Assembly: GCA_965213625.1 (NCBI GenBank)
Contig: CBDBZU010000004.1
Location: 608,001 to 672,000, forward strand
Direction of reading: 5' to 3'
Source: a bacterium
Lineage (GTDB): Bacteria > UBA8248
Length of the DNA stretch: 64,000 bases
The position numbers and the translations under genes were made by a program. The notes under the pieces were generated by a model. That model was not told the DNA's origin, did not search any database, and was given only the letters and a program-made list of their open reading frames with translations. Position 1 is the first letter of the stretch; each line of letters starts with the position of its first letter. Shown in pieces: positions 46,692-56,982 of this stretch.

Positions 46692-47375
46692 CTATGCGAG
46701 CTCGCGTCTGGGGTTCCGGCCTTCCACCATGAAGACGACGGCCTCTGCGATGTTCGTCGCGTGATCGGCGATTCTCTCGAAGTATTTCGAGATGAACGTC
46801 AGTCGGGTCGAGCGGCTGATGTTGCGCGGGTTGTCCAGCATGTAGGTCAGCAGTTCGCGGAACAACTCCTCGTTCATGTCGTCCACTTCATCGTCGCTCG
46901 CCATGACCTTGCGCGCCAGAACGACGTCTTCCTTGATGAAGCTGTCCAGGCTCTCGCGCAGCATCTGGCTCGAAGCGCTGGCCATACGCGGAAGTTCGAT
47001 ATAGGGCTTGAGCGGAGGTTCCTCGTTCAACTCCAGCGCGCGCTCGCAGACGTTGACGGCCAGATCGCCCACCCGTTCGAGGTCTGAGGCGATTTTGAGG
47101 CCCGTCGTGATGAAGCGCAGGTCCACCGAAGTCGGCTGCCTGAGCGCCACCATCTGCAGGCAAAGCTCGTTCACGTCGATTTCGAGTTGGTTGACTTCCG
47201 AGTCACTCTCGATGACGGTCTGCGCGATATCGGAATTACGTTTTGTGAGGCTTTCGATGCTCTTCGCCATCATCGCCTCCACTTTGGCGCCCAATTCCAG
47301 GAGAACGCGTCGGAGCTCCTGGAGTTCGCTTTCGAATTCCGAACTCGTATGTACTCTTCCGCTCGTCAGTGTCAT
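46692..47375 (-). CDS. phoU: Phosphate signalling protein PhoU
   Basis: RQP...DLR, DLERVGDLA.N, ERIADHATNIAE; downstream of pstB. Confidence 0.96.
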   Translation of the reverse strand: MTLTSGRVHTSSEFESELQELRRVLLELGAKVEAMMAKSIESLTKRNSDIAQTVIESDSEVNQLEIDVNELCLQMVALRQPTSVDLRFITTGLKIASDLERVGDLAVNVCERALELNEEPPLKPYIELPRMASASSQMLRESLDSFIKEDVVLARKVMASDDEVDDMNEELFRELLTYMLDNPRNISRSTRLTFISKYFERIADHATNIAEAVVFMVEGRNPRRELA

Positions 47376-47392
47376 GCAATATCCTCCAGCGC

Positions 47393-48223
47393 TTAGCCGA
47401 ATCGGCCGGTGATGTAATCTGATGTGCGCACGTTCATGGGGTTCATGAAAATTTTCTTCGTTTCTCCGTATTCAATCAACCGGCCCAGGAACATGAAGGC
47501 CGTGTTGTCCGAGACGCGGGCGGCCTGCTGCATGTTGTGCGTCACGATGACGATGGAGAAGTGCTCCTTGAGCTGCGCTATGAGATCCTCGATCCGGGCG
47601 GTAGCGATAGGATCCAGCGCGGAGCAGGGCTCGTCCATCAGGATGATCTCGGGCTCCGAGGCAATCGCCCGGGCGATGCACAGGCGCTGCTGCTGACCGC
47701 CGGAGAGGCCGAGGGCGTTGTCCTGCAGCCGGTCGGACACCTCATCCCAGAGCGCGGCGTCGCGCAGGGAGCGTTCGCAGGTTTCCTCCAGCAATCGCCT
47801 GTCGCGTATTCCATCCACCCGCAGGGGATAGACCACGTTCTCGAATATCGACATCGGGAAGGGGTTGGGCTTCTGGAACACCATACCGAGACGCTTGCGA
47901 AGCTCGATGACTTCCACGCGCGGATCGTGGATGTCGGTTCCTTCAATCGAAATGCTCCCACCGCGGCGGATGCCGTCGATCAGGTCGTTCATGCGGTTGA
48001 ATGAGCGCAGGAGCGTGGATTTCCCGCAACCCGAAGGGCCGATCAGGGAGGTGACGAGCTCTTTCTGGATCTTCAGCGTGTTGTTGAACAGAGCCTGTTT
48101 CTCGTCATACCAAAAGTTGAAGTCTTCGATCTCGATAACACTGCCGAGCGCGCTCTCGACGGGATGGTATGCCGTCGCTTCGAACTCGCCCTGCAATCTG
48201 GTGGTTACCGCGTCAGCCGCCAT
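47393..48223 (-). CDS. pstB: Phosphate ABC ATP-binding protein
   Basis: [43 protein letters not shown]. Confidence 0.97.
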   Translation of the reverse strand: MAADAVTTRLQGEFEATAYHPVESALGSVIEIEDFNFWYDEKQALFNNTLKIQKELVTSLIGPSGCGKSTLLRSFNRMNDLIDGIRRGGSISIEGTDIHDPRVEVIELRKRLGMVFQKPNPFPMSIFENVVYPLRVDGIRDRRLLEETCERSLRDAALWDEVSDRLQDNALGLSGGQQQRLCIARAIASEPEIILMDEPCSALDPIATARIEDLIAQLKEHFSIVIVTHNMQQAARVSDNTAFMFLGRLIEYGETKKIFMNPMNVRTSDYITGRFG

Positions 48224-48238
48224 TTCAATGCGTCTCCA

Positions 48239-50065
48239 CTAAAATTGGCCTTCCACGAACTTCCGTCGAAGGCGGTTGCGAATCATGATGGCGAAAGCGT
48301 TCATGAGTGCGATGATTGTTATCAGAAGAAGCGTCGTGACGAAAACCATCGGTTTTCCGGCTTCTGAATTCCTGGACTGGAATCCCACGTCGTAGATATG
48401 AAAACCCAGGTGCATGAAACTTCTCTCGGGGTGTAAGAACGGGAAGAAAGTGTCGAAGGGAAGCTCGGGCGCGAGCTTCACCACCCCAACAAGCATGAGG
48501 GGCGCCACTTCGCCCGCGCCGCGCGCCATCGCCAGTATGAGGCCGGTCATGATGCCCGGCATGGCCTGCGGCAGGACGATGTTACGGATGGTCTGCCACT
48601 TCGAGGCGCCGCAGGCGAGGGAACCCTCCCGCATGGAGCGGGGTACGGCGGTGAGCGCTTCTTCGGTCGCCACGATCACCACGGGGACGGTGAGGAGCGC
48701 CAGCGTCAGGGACGCCCACAACAAGCCCCCCGTGCCAAACGTCGGGTTGGGGAGTCTCTCGGGATAGAACAACTGGTCGATACCCACACCGATGGTGTAG
48801 GCGAAAAATCCCAGGCCAAACACGCCGTAGACGATGGAGGGCACGCCCGCCAGGTTGTTCACGCAAATGCGCACGATGGATACCAGAGCGCCCTCCTTGG
48901 CGTATTCACGAAGATAAAGCGCCGTGATAACACCGAACGGGGCGACGAAGACGACCATGAGCAGCGTCATCATGATGGTGCCGAAAATCGCCGGCAAAAC
49001 GCCGCCCTCGGTATTCGCCTCACGCGGATCGTCGGTTAAAAACTCCCCCCACCGGGAGAAATAGACGCCAATCTTTCCAAAGAACGAAAGGTTGTTGGCC
49101 GGGTAGATGCGAACGATCTCGGAGAGCCTTAAGCGTTTCTCGCGACCGCCGACCTCCGCGAGGGTGATTTTATATCTCTCATCCTCTTTGTTGATCGCGG
49201 CGATTTTTTTCTTGAGCACCGCGAATCCGGCCCGCCTCTCCTTTGTCTGGCGTTCGAACTTCTCCATCTCGGCGCGATACTCCGCACTCTTCTTCCCGTA
49301 ATCCAGTTCGGTGCGCCGCAAGGCGAGACGGTCTTCTTCGATGTAGTAATTGATGGCGCCTATCTCATCCACCTCTATGGAACGAATCGCTTCCCGGCGG
49401 TCGACCGCATCATCGTGGGCCACGTACAACGCATCCAGGGATACCTTTTCGCCAGGGATACGGCGGCCATCGAGCGTCAGTGTTTTGATAAAACCGATGA
49501 ACGGGCCCCATTCCCTGCGCTCGATGAAGAAAATGCCGGGCGGCGTCTCGGTCTTCGCGACCTGATGCGCCACCGCCCACTTGAAGTCCTCGTTGTAGAC
49601 GTCGAAATTGCCGATCCTGTAGAGCGTACGATGCGCAAATCCGTCCGCTTCCCGGATAATGCGCCGGGTCTCCGGGTCAAGCCCTTTCATCTGCTCGGGG
49701 GAGGGGCGGAAACTCTCGGAGCGGAACGGTTCGCCGGCGATGCGCTGGCCGTTTTTAAGCGTCACTACCTCGACGGGCCCGGGATAGAACGTCACGATGC
49801 CGTTCCACAGAACGAGCGCGAGAAAACCGATAATCATCAATACACCCAGAGCGAGCGCGCCTCCCATGATCCAGACGAAGGGCTCGCCTCTGGCCTTGAA
49901 ATCAATTGATGCGCGAAGACCCGTCCTGCCGGGCGGGCTTGTTTCCACCTCGGCGGCCTGCGCCACTTCGGGCGGGGGCTCATTGTGGTTGCCGGAGTCG
50001 CCTTCGCGAATCAGTATTTCCGGTTCTTTCTTCTCTTTTTTTTGTTTCGGATCTTTCGCCTTCAT
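48239..50065 (-). CDS. pstA: Phosphate ABC permease PstA, long form with periplasmic coiled-coil insert
   Basis: PREANTEGG..PAIFGT, NLAGVPSIVYG.FG, LAMAR..GEVAPL; start ATG 50065. Confidence 0.93.
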   Translation of the reverse strand: MKAKDPKQKKEKKEPEILIREGDSGNHNEPPPEVAQAAEVETSPPGRTGLRASIDFKARGEPFVWIMGGALALGVLMIIGFLALVLWNGIVTFYPGPVEVVTLKNGQRIAGEPFRSESFRPSPEQMKGLDPETRRIIREADGFAHRTLYRIGNFDVYNEDFKWAVAHQVAKTETPPGIFFIERREWGPFIGFIKTLTLDGRRIPGEKVSLDALYVAHDDAVDRREAIRSIEVDEIGAINYYIEEDRLALRRTELDYGKKSAEYRAEMEKFERQTKERRAGFAVLKKKIAAINKEDERYKITLAEVGGREKRLRLSEIVRIYPANNLSFFGKIGVYFSRWGEFLTDDPREANTEGGVLPAIFGTIMMTLLMVVFVAPFGVITALYLREYAKEGALVSIVRICVNNLAGVPSIVYGVFGLGFFAYTIGVGIDQLFYPERLPNPTFGTGGLLWASLTLALLTVPVVIVATEEALTAVPRSMREGSLACGASKWQTIRNIVLPQAMPGIMTGLILAMARGAGEVAPLMLVGVVKLAPELPFDTFFPFLHPERSFMHLGFHIYDVGFQSRNSEAGKPMVFVTTLLLITIIALMNAFAIMIRNRLRRKFVEGQF

Positions 50066-50072
50066 CCTGTCC

Positions 50073-52709
50073 TCACAACTGCGAAGCGCGCTTGCGGAAT
50101 CGGAGACGAACCACTTCTGCAACCGTATTCACAATGAACGTCATCGCGAAGAGAACGAGGGCCGCCAGGAACAACACCCGGTAAAGCGTCCCGTCCTTGA
50201 CGGCTTCCGGAAGCTCCACCGCGATGTTCGCCGAAAGCGCCCTGAGGCCCGAGAATATGTTCCAGTCCAGAACCGGGGTATTGCCCGCCGCCATGACGAC
50301 GATCATGGTTTCACCCACCGCGCGGCCCATACCGATCATCACGGCGGCGAAAATTCCGCTGGCTGCCGTGGGCAGGATGACCCAAAGGGCCGTCTGCCAG
50401 GGGGTGGCGCCGCATGCGAGGCTCGCCGCTCTGAGGTGGCTCGGCACAGCGTTGAGCGCATCCTCGGCGATGGTATAGATGAGCGGGATGACGGCGAAGC
50501 CCATCGCGAAGCCCACGACGAGGGCGTTGCGCTGGACGTAGGTGTCGATGACCCCGCCGCGCGCGTCCAGGCCGAGCGCCGTAAGCACCGCGGCCGTGAG
50601 CCAGCTGAGCAGTCCGGCGGAGACCAGCATCCCGGCCCAGCGAAGAAGCTCGAAGAGCGCACCGCGCGAATGATCCATCTGTCTGAGCTTTAGTCTCCAT
50701 TCATATCCGAATAACCGCTCGCCCGCGAAAGCAATAATGATAAAAGATACGGGATAGAAAATGATGAACAGCATGGGCGTCGCTATCCCGATGTTCCCGT
50801 TTGCCCAGGCCTTGAAGTCGCCGCCGAATAATAGTCTCTCGAACCCCGGTCCGATGAGAAAACCGAGCAGCGAGCCGAGGATAATTACGATGAACACCAG
50901 CCCGAGTTTGGGAAACCCCGACAGGGGGAGGGAGACGCGCGGCGGCATCACCTGCCATAAATAAGCCGAGAGCAACAGAAGAAACGGGATCAGCATAAAC
51001 GTGAGTAAGACTGCGGCTATCCACGTCTCCACGATGGGCGCGAGAATCAGGGCGGCCACGAAGCCGAGGACCACAGAGGGGAGCGAGGCCATCATCTCCA
51101 TCGCGGGCTTCACGACGGAGCGCACCTGCGGGCCGATGAATTCGGAGGTGAAAATTGCGCCCAGCACCGCGATGGGTATCGCAAAGATCAGGGAATAGAC
51201 CGTTCCCTTGATGGTTCCGAATATCAGGGGGATGAGGGATATCTTCTCCTCGAACGCGTCGTCTCCCGAGGAGGACTGCCATGTATACTCGGGTTTGGGA
51301 TAGCCTTCGTACCAGACCTTGCCGAACAGCGTCTGGAAAGTCGTCTCGGGGTGTTCCGCCTCGAATTTCCAGAAATTCACGACTCCCTTATCGTCTGTGG
51401 CGACAATTGCGTCATCGCGCGGCGAGAGTCGGATGAAGCGCGCGGAGCCATTCACCATCTCCTTCACCTGGAAGCGAAGCAGCGTTGACTCGCTCGTTGC
51501 ATGGCGAAGCCAGATGTTTCCGCCTGAATCCATCGTGGTGAACATCCGGCTGCGCTGGGAGGCGGAAAAACCCGAAACACTCGCGGCGTGCCTCTCCAGT
51601 TCGTGTCCGCGCACCAGCACCAGCCCGTCCGAGGTGGCGGCGCCCGGTCTGCGCGCCTGGAAGAAAATGCTCAAAGACCCCTTGGAGCCTCCCACGATGA
51701 TGGATTCTTCGCCGATGAGGGCTTTGAACACCGTCAGCTTCTCGTCCATGGGAAGCAGGTTGCTCTTTTCCACGAGGGTAATGGCGTCGAAGCTCCTGGT
51801 GTCGTAGCGAAGGAGAAACCCTTTCTCGACGCCGATGTATACCTTGTCGGCTTTTTCCGTGAGGAGTATGTCGACAATGCGTGTTCCGGTCGGCAAATCA
51901 GGCAGAACCACGGTTTCTACGGAAGAAGTGGTCTGCCCCGTCAGAAGATTGATCCTGGTCTCCGTCAGGCTCAGGCGCGCCACGCCCCTGGCGTCCACCG
52001 TGGCGAAGGAGATGCTCGGCCGCTCCGGAGTTCCGCCCACCTTGTAGTCAAGCTTCACGATGGGCGTGCCTTTCGGGGCTACCTGTTGCGGCTTCTCGAG
52101 TTCCGCCTCCAGCCAGATCTTTCGCATCTGGTCGCCCGGAATTTTCGAAAAGACGACTTTTCCGTCGGTGAAATCGCGCGCGTCGATTTTGGTGAGTCCC
52201 TTCGGAACCCTATCCGCCGGCAATATTTGGGTTCTGAAATTGACTTTACCGAACCGGACCGTTCCATCGGGGAAGCCGAAGGCGACGTTTCCGCCCTTGA
52301 GCGTTCGCCCGAAAGCGCTCGCCGGCGCACCTCCAAAATCGAGTTTCAACGGCCTGAGCGCTTTTCCGGTTGATGCGTGTACGGGCGTCAACACGCCGTT
52401 TTTCGAAACCAGGACGGCGATGGTGTTATAATCATCCACCTCGACGCTGAGGAGAGTGCTCTTGGACGCACCCACCCGGAAGACGCCCGAGCCGGTTATC
52501 GTTTCTCCGGCGAACAGCGGCAGCGCCACTGCGACGAGAAACGCCATGATCCCGATAACGGCCAAAATCACAAAAAGCCCGCCGATCGTGATTACGTTGG
52601 TGGCGAGCTTATCGAAAATACGGACGGATTGTCTGGCGCTCAGGTCACGCGTCCGGCCCGGCTTCCTTCTTTCTTTATCATCTGCGTCTGAAACCTGGTT
52701 TTCGTTCAT
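50073..52709 (-). CDS. pstC: Phosphate ABC permease PstC, long form with a large periplasmic (probably beta-propeller) domain
   Basis: WQSSSG.D..E.K.S..PL.FGT, E.MASLPSVVLG, GRAVGETMIV.MA.GNT, NIAVELPEA. Confidence 0.93.
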   Translation of the reverse strand: MNENQVSDADDKERRKPGRTRDLSARQSVRIFDKLATNVITIGGLFVILAVIGIMAFLVAVALPLFAGETITGSGVFRVGASKSTLLSVEVDDYNTIAVLVSKNGVLTPVHASTGKALRPLKLDFGGAPASAFGRTLKGGNVAFGFPDGTVRFGKVNFRTQILPADRVPKGLTKIDARDFTDGKVVFSKIPGDQMRKIWLEAELEKPQQVAPKGTPIVKLDYKVGGTPERPSISFATVDARGVARLSLTETRINLLTGQTTSSVETVVLPDLPTGTRIVDILLTEKADKVYIGVEKGFLLRYDTRSFDAITLVEKSNLLPMDEKLTVFKALIGEESIIVGGSKGSLSIFFQARRPGAATSDGLVLVRGHELERHAASVSGFSASQRSRMFTTMDSGGNIWLRHATSESTLLRFQVKEMVNGSARFIRLSPRDDAIVATDDKGVVNFWKFEAEHPETTFQTLFGKVWYEGYPKPEYTWQSSSGDDAFEEKISLIPLIFGTIKGTVYSLIFAIPIAVLGAIFTSEFIGPQVRSVVKPAMEMMASLPSVVLGFVAALILAPIVETWIAAVLLTFMLIPFLLLLSAYLWQVMPPRVSLPLSGFPKLGLVFIVIILGSLLGFLIGPGFERLLFGGDFKAWANGNIGIATPMLFIIFYPVSFIIIAFAGERLFGYEWRLKLRQMDHSRGALFELLRWAGMLVSAGLLSWLTAAVLTALGLDARGGVIDTYVQRNALVVGFAMGFAVIPLIYTIAEDALNAVPSHLRAASLACGATPWQTALWVILPTAASGIFAAVMIGMGRAVGETMIVVMAAGNTPVLDWNIFSGLRALSANIAVELPEAVKDGTLYRVLFLAALVLFAMTFIVNTVAEVVRLRFRKRASQL

Positions 52710-52721
52710 GTTTTTCTTTTC

Positions 52722-52770
52722 AAAAATGAAAGCGGGGGGACGGCGAATCCAATCCGCCGTCCCCGCCGCT
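52722..52770 (-). terminator. Hairpin plus U-rich tail after pstS (partial terminator or stabiliser)
   Basis: ggggacggcg/cgccgtcccc stem followed on the minus strand by ttcattttt. Confidence 0.6.
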
Positions 52771-52787
52771 GCGCTGCACCTGAAAAA

Positions 52788-53795
52788 CTAGTTGCTTCCC
52801 ATCCCGAGGCCGAGGCCGCCGAGGTCTTGTTTCGCGATGGCCGCGTTCACCGGGAAGAAACCGGCCTTGATAACGGCCTGCTGACCACCTTTCGAGAAGA
52901 TGTACTTGACGAACTGGGCTCTCAGGGGATCGAGCGCCTGGTTCGGGTTCTTGTTGACGTAGATGTAGAGGAAACGCGCGATCGGGTAGTTGCCCGAGTA
53001 GGCGTTCTTCGCTTCGGGGCCATAGCATTTGGCGCCGGTTTTTTTGGAGACCGGGAGCGCGATAACGTCGGCGGTCTTGTAGCCGATGCCCGAGTAGCCG
53101 ATGGCGAACTTATCGGAAGCCACGCCTTGCACCACCGCCGAGGAGCCGGGCTGCTCTTTCACGGAGTCTTTGTAGTCGCCTTTGTAGAGGGCTACTTTCT
53201 TGAAGTAGCCGTACGTGCCCGAAGCCGAGTTGCGGCCATACACGGAAATCGGCTTGCTGGCCCACATGCCCTCGAGACCGAGTTGGCCCCACGTGGCGAC
53301 GTTGGACCTCATGCCGCCCTTGCGGGTTTTGGAGAAGATGGCGTCTACCTGCGGGAGGCTCAGGCACTTGAGGGGGTTGTCCTTGTTCGTGAAGACGGCC
53401 AGGGCGTCCACGGCGACGCGGATGCGGCCCGGCTTGTAGCCGAACTTCTTCTCGAATGCGTCCACTTCCTTGGACTTCATGGCGCGAGACATCGGGCCGA
53501 AGTTCGATGTGCCGGCGATGAGCGCCGGAGGAGCCGTGGAGGAGCCTTTGCCCTCGATCTCGATTTTCACGTCCGGGTAGGAACGCCTGAACCCTTCGGC
53601 CCAGAGCGTCATGAGGTTGTTCAGCGTATCGGAGCCGACGGACTTCACGTTCCCGGAAACGCCGCTGGTGGCCTTGTAGGCGGGCAATTTCTTGTCAACC
53701 ATCAGGGCCGCGCCAGCGGGCTGCGCTACGAGCACGAGGCCAATCGCAACCGCGAAGGCCAAGCCACAAATCCTGGATAACCTGCTCATTTTCAC
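52788..53795 (-). CDS. pstS: Phosphate-binding protein PstS
   Basis: VGSDTL, GKGSSTAPPAL, GPMSR, YGRNSASGT, YPIARFLY.YVNK. Confidence 0.96.
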   Translation of the reverse strand: MKMSRLSRICGLAFAVAIGLVLVAQPAGAALMVDKKLPAYKATSGVSGNVKSVGSDTLNNLMTLWAEGFRRSYPDVKIEIEGKGSSTAPPALIAGTSNFGPMSRAMKSKEVDAFEKKFGYKPGRIRVAVDALAVFTNKDNPLKCLSLPQVDAIFSKTRKGGMRSNVATWGQLGLEGMWASKPISVYGRNSASGTYGYFKKVALYKGDYKDSVKEQPGSSAVVQGVASDKFAIGYSGIGYKTADVIALPVSKKTGAKCYGPEAKNAYSGNYPIARFLYIYVNKNPNQALDPLRAQFVKYIFSKGGQQAVIKAGFFPVNAAIAKQDLGGLGLGMGSN

Positions 53796-53842
53796 TTCCT
53801 CCTTTGGATGGATTGAAACTACAGGAAAAAACGCAAGGTTTT

Positions 53843-53870
53843 GTTACATTTTCGTGACAAAATGATGAAC
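53843..53870 (-). promoter_or_regulatory. Pho box (three 11-bp-phased units)
   Basis: Minus strand GTTCAT-n5-TGTCAC-n5-TGTAAC, about 50 nt upstream of pstS. Confidence 0.75.
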
Positions 53871-54071
53871 ATACCGAGACACGGACACTCCTCCGCTTCT
53901 AACAGGCACATCTTTCATTTCCCACATTCCCCTTGGACTGCTCGCCTCTGCGTCCGGAGAGCTTCATCGCCTCTTCAGGGGGCTGCGAATTCGCAACCAT
54001 GAGCAAAAACGCTCTGTCGCGCGATCCCTCTCCGAACGAGGTGGAATATAGAGAAAAAAGGAGCCGGGTAT

Positions 54072-54099
54072 GTTACGAAAGGATGAAAATCATATGACT
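54072..54099 (-). promoter_or_regulatory. Second, distal Pho box-like array
   Basis: Minus strand AGTCAT-n5-TTTCAT-n5-CGTAAC, 11-bp period. Confidence 0.55.
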
Positions 54100-54227
54100 T
54101 TTTGGACAATTCCGGTTTTCAAAATATAATCTTCGTATAACTCATTGAAAAGACGTAAATTTCAGGTTTGCTTTCAATAAAGCGGGCATAAACGATGAAG
54201 GCAAAGACTAGAAGGCGCTTGTCCCGT

Positions 54228-56003
54228 TTAAGGCGTGGGAACGGTGAAGCGGAAGGTGGAGCCCCGGCCCGGCGCGCTCTCGACCCAGACGTCTCCGCCC
54301 ATCTCCTGAACGAGGTGCTTCACGATGGAGAGCCCCAGGCCGGTGCCCCCGTTCTCCCGGGAGCGGGCCGAATCCACACGGTAGAAGCGCTCGAAAATGC
54401 GGGGGAGGTGCTCGGGGGGAATTCCCTCACCCTGATCGGCCACTGAAACCTCGACGAACCCGTCTTCGCACAAGCGCCCGGAAACCGTGATTTCGCTTCC
54501 CTCGGAACTGTAGTTCACCCCGTTTTCGGCCAGATTGATCAGAATTCTTTCCAGGGCGGCCGGGTCCGCCCGAACGTGGTCGGCCTCCTCGTGAATCACC
54601 GATTGCAGATGAACGCCTCTTTTCTCGACAACGGGAGCCAGGGTATGCGCCACCGAATCCATCGTGTTGCGGATGGAAACCTTCTCGGGCCGAACGTGCT
54701 CTTCCTTGGATTCGATTCTGCCGAGTTCGAGCAGGTCCTCCACCAGGGCCGAGAGGCGCCGGGCGTGGCGGTTGATGGTCGAGGCGAACCGGCGCGTCGC
54801 ATCGGGGTCGGATTCTGCCGTCACTTCGAGCGTCTGGGCCGCCCACTGTATCGCCGTCAAGGGCGTACGCAGCTCATGAGAGACGTTTGCGGTGAATTCC
54901 CGCCGTATTCCCGCGAGTCGTTTTACCTCGGTAACGTCGTGAAACACCCAGATGAGGTTGGACTCTTCATCCGCCCTCGCGCGTTTGGCGTGCAGGGTCA
55001 GCGTGCGCGCGGGGAGGACTTCCACCTCGCGCTCCAACTGGGTGGCGAAGCGCGTGAGCATATCCCTCACCGCTTCCTGCACTTCAGTGGAGCGCACGGC
55101 TTCGAGAGGAATCGGCATACTATCTTCGAACTCAGGCAGGGAGGGAAAGAATTCCCGAAACGAGGAATTCACGAGAAGAATGTCTCCCGAGGCGTTCGTG
55201 ACCATGACGCCCTCGGTCATTCCTTCGAGTATCGCCTCCAGCCGGTCGCGCTCGTTGCGCAACTCATCGAGATGCGCCTCCACCTCCGAAGCGAGCCGGT
55301 CCATCGTCCGTGCGAGTTCACCCAGTTCATCCTGCCGCATGGAAGCGATGCGGTAGCTGAAATCGCCTCGAGAAATCTTCTCTACGGACTCGTATATCTC
55401 GTCGAAGCCCCGACGCACGATAACGCCGGCCCCGAAGCTGACCGCGATGGCGAGCAAAAACGCGAAAGCGCCGGCCACCAGGAGAAGGCCCCGCATCTTG
55501 CCGATAGTCTCCTCGATTTCCCTTAAGCTCATGGCCAGGCGAATCACGCCGCCGGATAACGGGCCCGCATTTATCGGCAGAGCCAGATACAGCAAATCTC
55601 CATCACCCCTCGGGCTCACCCGGACGCTCGAACCGATTCCCTTTTTTCTCGCCGCGATGATTTCGGGCCGAGCGGCGCGGCTCTCTTCTCTGCCGGGCGT
55701 GCCAGGAGCGAGGCCGGAATCCGCGAGTAAACGACCGGAAGCGGATACGACCGTCACGCGCACACCGAGCGCGCGGCCGATTTCATCGGCGAGTTCATCC
55801 ATTCGTTGACTTTGCGGATTTTCCGGAATGGAGGAAACCAGCTGGCGGCGGGCAAGGCGCGCGTTGCTGGCGAGGTTCTCCTCTGCCTGCTCCATCAACT
55901 GGGCGGAGAGGCCGAAATGAAGATAGATCATCCCCGCCGCGAACACCACGGTAATGACTACCAGATAGCTCGCCGTCAGCTTCTTGTAGAAGGACCTGCG
56001 CAT
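54228..56003 (-). CDS. phoR: Phosphate regulon sensor kinase (HAMP-PAS-HisKA-HATPase)
   Basis: RREFTANVSHELRTPLT, NL.EN, DQGEGIP..HLPRIFERFYRVD, GGTGLGLSIVKH; pst context. Confidence 0.93.
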   Translation of the reverse strand: MRRSFYKKLTASYLVVITVVFAAGMIYLHFGLSAQLMEQAEENLASNARLARRQLVSSIPENPQSQRMDELADEIGRALGVRVTVVSASGRLLADSGLAPGTPGREESRAARPEIIAARKKGIGSSVRVSPRGDGDLLYLALPINAGPLSGGVIRLAMSLREIEETIGKMRGLLLVAGAFAFLLAIAVSFGAGVIVRRGFDEIYESVEKISRGDFSYRIASMRQDELGELARTMDRLASEVEAHLDELRNERDRLEAILEGMTEGVMVTNASGDILLVNSSFREFFPSLPEFEDSMPIPLEAVRSTEVQEAVRDMLTRFATQLEREVEVLPARTLTLHAKRARADEESNLIWVFHDVTEVKRLAGIRREFTANVSHELRTPLTAIQWAAQTLEVTAESDPDATRRFASTINRHARRLSALVEDLLELGRIESKEEHVRPEKVSIRNTMDSVAHTLAPVVEKRGVHLQSVIHEEADHVRADPAALERILINLAENGVNYSSEGSEITVSGRLCEDGFVEVSVADQGEGIPPEHLPRIFERFYRVDSARSRENGGTGLGLSIVKHLVQEMGGDVWVESAPGRGSTFRFTVPTP

Positions 56004-56036
56004 ATGCGGGTCTCCTCCGGGTGTCGGGAAGAGCTA

Positions 56037-56744
56037 CTATTCAGACATTTTCTTGAACCGGTACCCCACGCCCCGAAGCGTCTGGATCATTTCCCCCGCC
56101 GGGCCGAGCTTCTCCCGGAGGCGGCGGATATATGTGTCCACGGTGCGGGGGGTGACGAATTTGTCTTCTCCCCAGATGATGTCGAGCAGGTCGTCACGAT
56201 TCTGGGCGTGCCCCGGGTGAGAGGCCAGATGGTGCAAAAGACGGAACTCCGTCGCCGTCAAGGAGAGCGGGCGCCCGTCGACCGCCGCTTCATATTGCTC
56301 GGGGTCGATGGTGAGCGGCCCGCGCCTGAGCGCCTTGCCCTCAACCTGCGGCATTTTCGAGCGCACGAGCACCGCTTTCACTCGCAGAATCATCTCCCGG
56401 ATGTTGAAGGGCTTGGTCACGTAGTCATCCGCGCCCAATTCGAAGCCGACGATGCGATCCACCTCTTCGCCCTTGGCGGTCAGCATGATGATGGGGAGCC
56501 GGCTCAAGGAGGAATCGCGGCGGATGTAGCGGCAAATCTCGAGGCCGGAAACATCGGGAAGCATCAGATCGAGAACGACCAACTGGATCGGCTCGCTCTT
56601 TAGCGTCTTGAGGGCTTCTTCGCCGTTGGCTACGCCCACCACATCGAATCCCTCGCGGTCGAGGTTGTAGGTGAGGAGTTCCCGAATGTCGGTCTCGTCT
56701 TCGATAATGAGAATCTTTTGAGCCAATATCGCCCCCACCGCCAC
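56037..56744 (-). CDS. phoB: Phosphate regulon response regulator (OmpR family)
   Basis: LDLMLP, IMLTAKGEE.D...GFE.GADDYVTKPF, RTVD..IRRLR.KL, TLRGVGY. Confidence 0.92.
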   Translation of the reverse strand: MAVGAILAQKILIIEDETDIRELLTYNLDREGFDVVGVANGEEALKTLKSEPIQLVVLDLMLPDVSGLEICRYIRRDSSLSRLPIIMLTAKGEEVDRIVGFELGADDYVTKPFNIREMILRVKAVLVRSKMPQVEGKALRRGPLTIDPEQYEAAVDGRPLSLTATEFRLLHHLASHPGHAQNRDDLLDIIWGEDKFVTPRTVDTYIRRLREKLGPAGEMIQTLRGVGYRFKKMSE

Positions 56745-56982
56745 TTCAGTAATCCATTCGGTATGAATGACGTATTGTTCTACTAATCAATTATGCAGAT
56801 AAATTCAACACGGGGGAAATCAAGTGTCTCAGAGCGCACGGCGATTGAAGTCTTGAATACAAGGGTTGAAAAAAAAAGTGAACCCACGCATACTTTTCAT
56901 ATGGAATAAAAATTTCTACCGCATCGTTCATTGTGTTCGGGATGATGTTCATCGTCCATGCGATTTGAAAGGGATAATTGCG

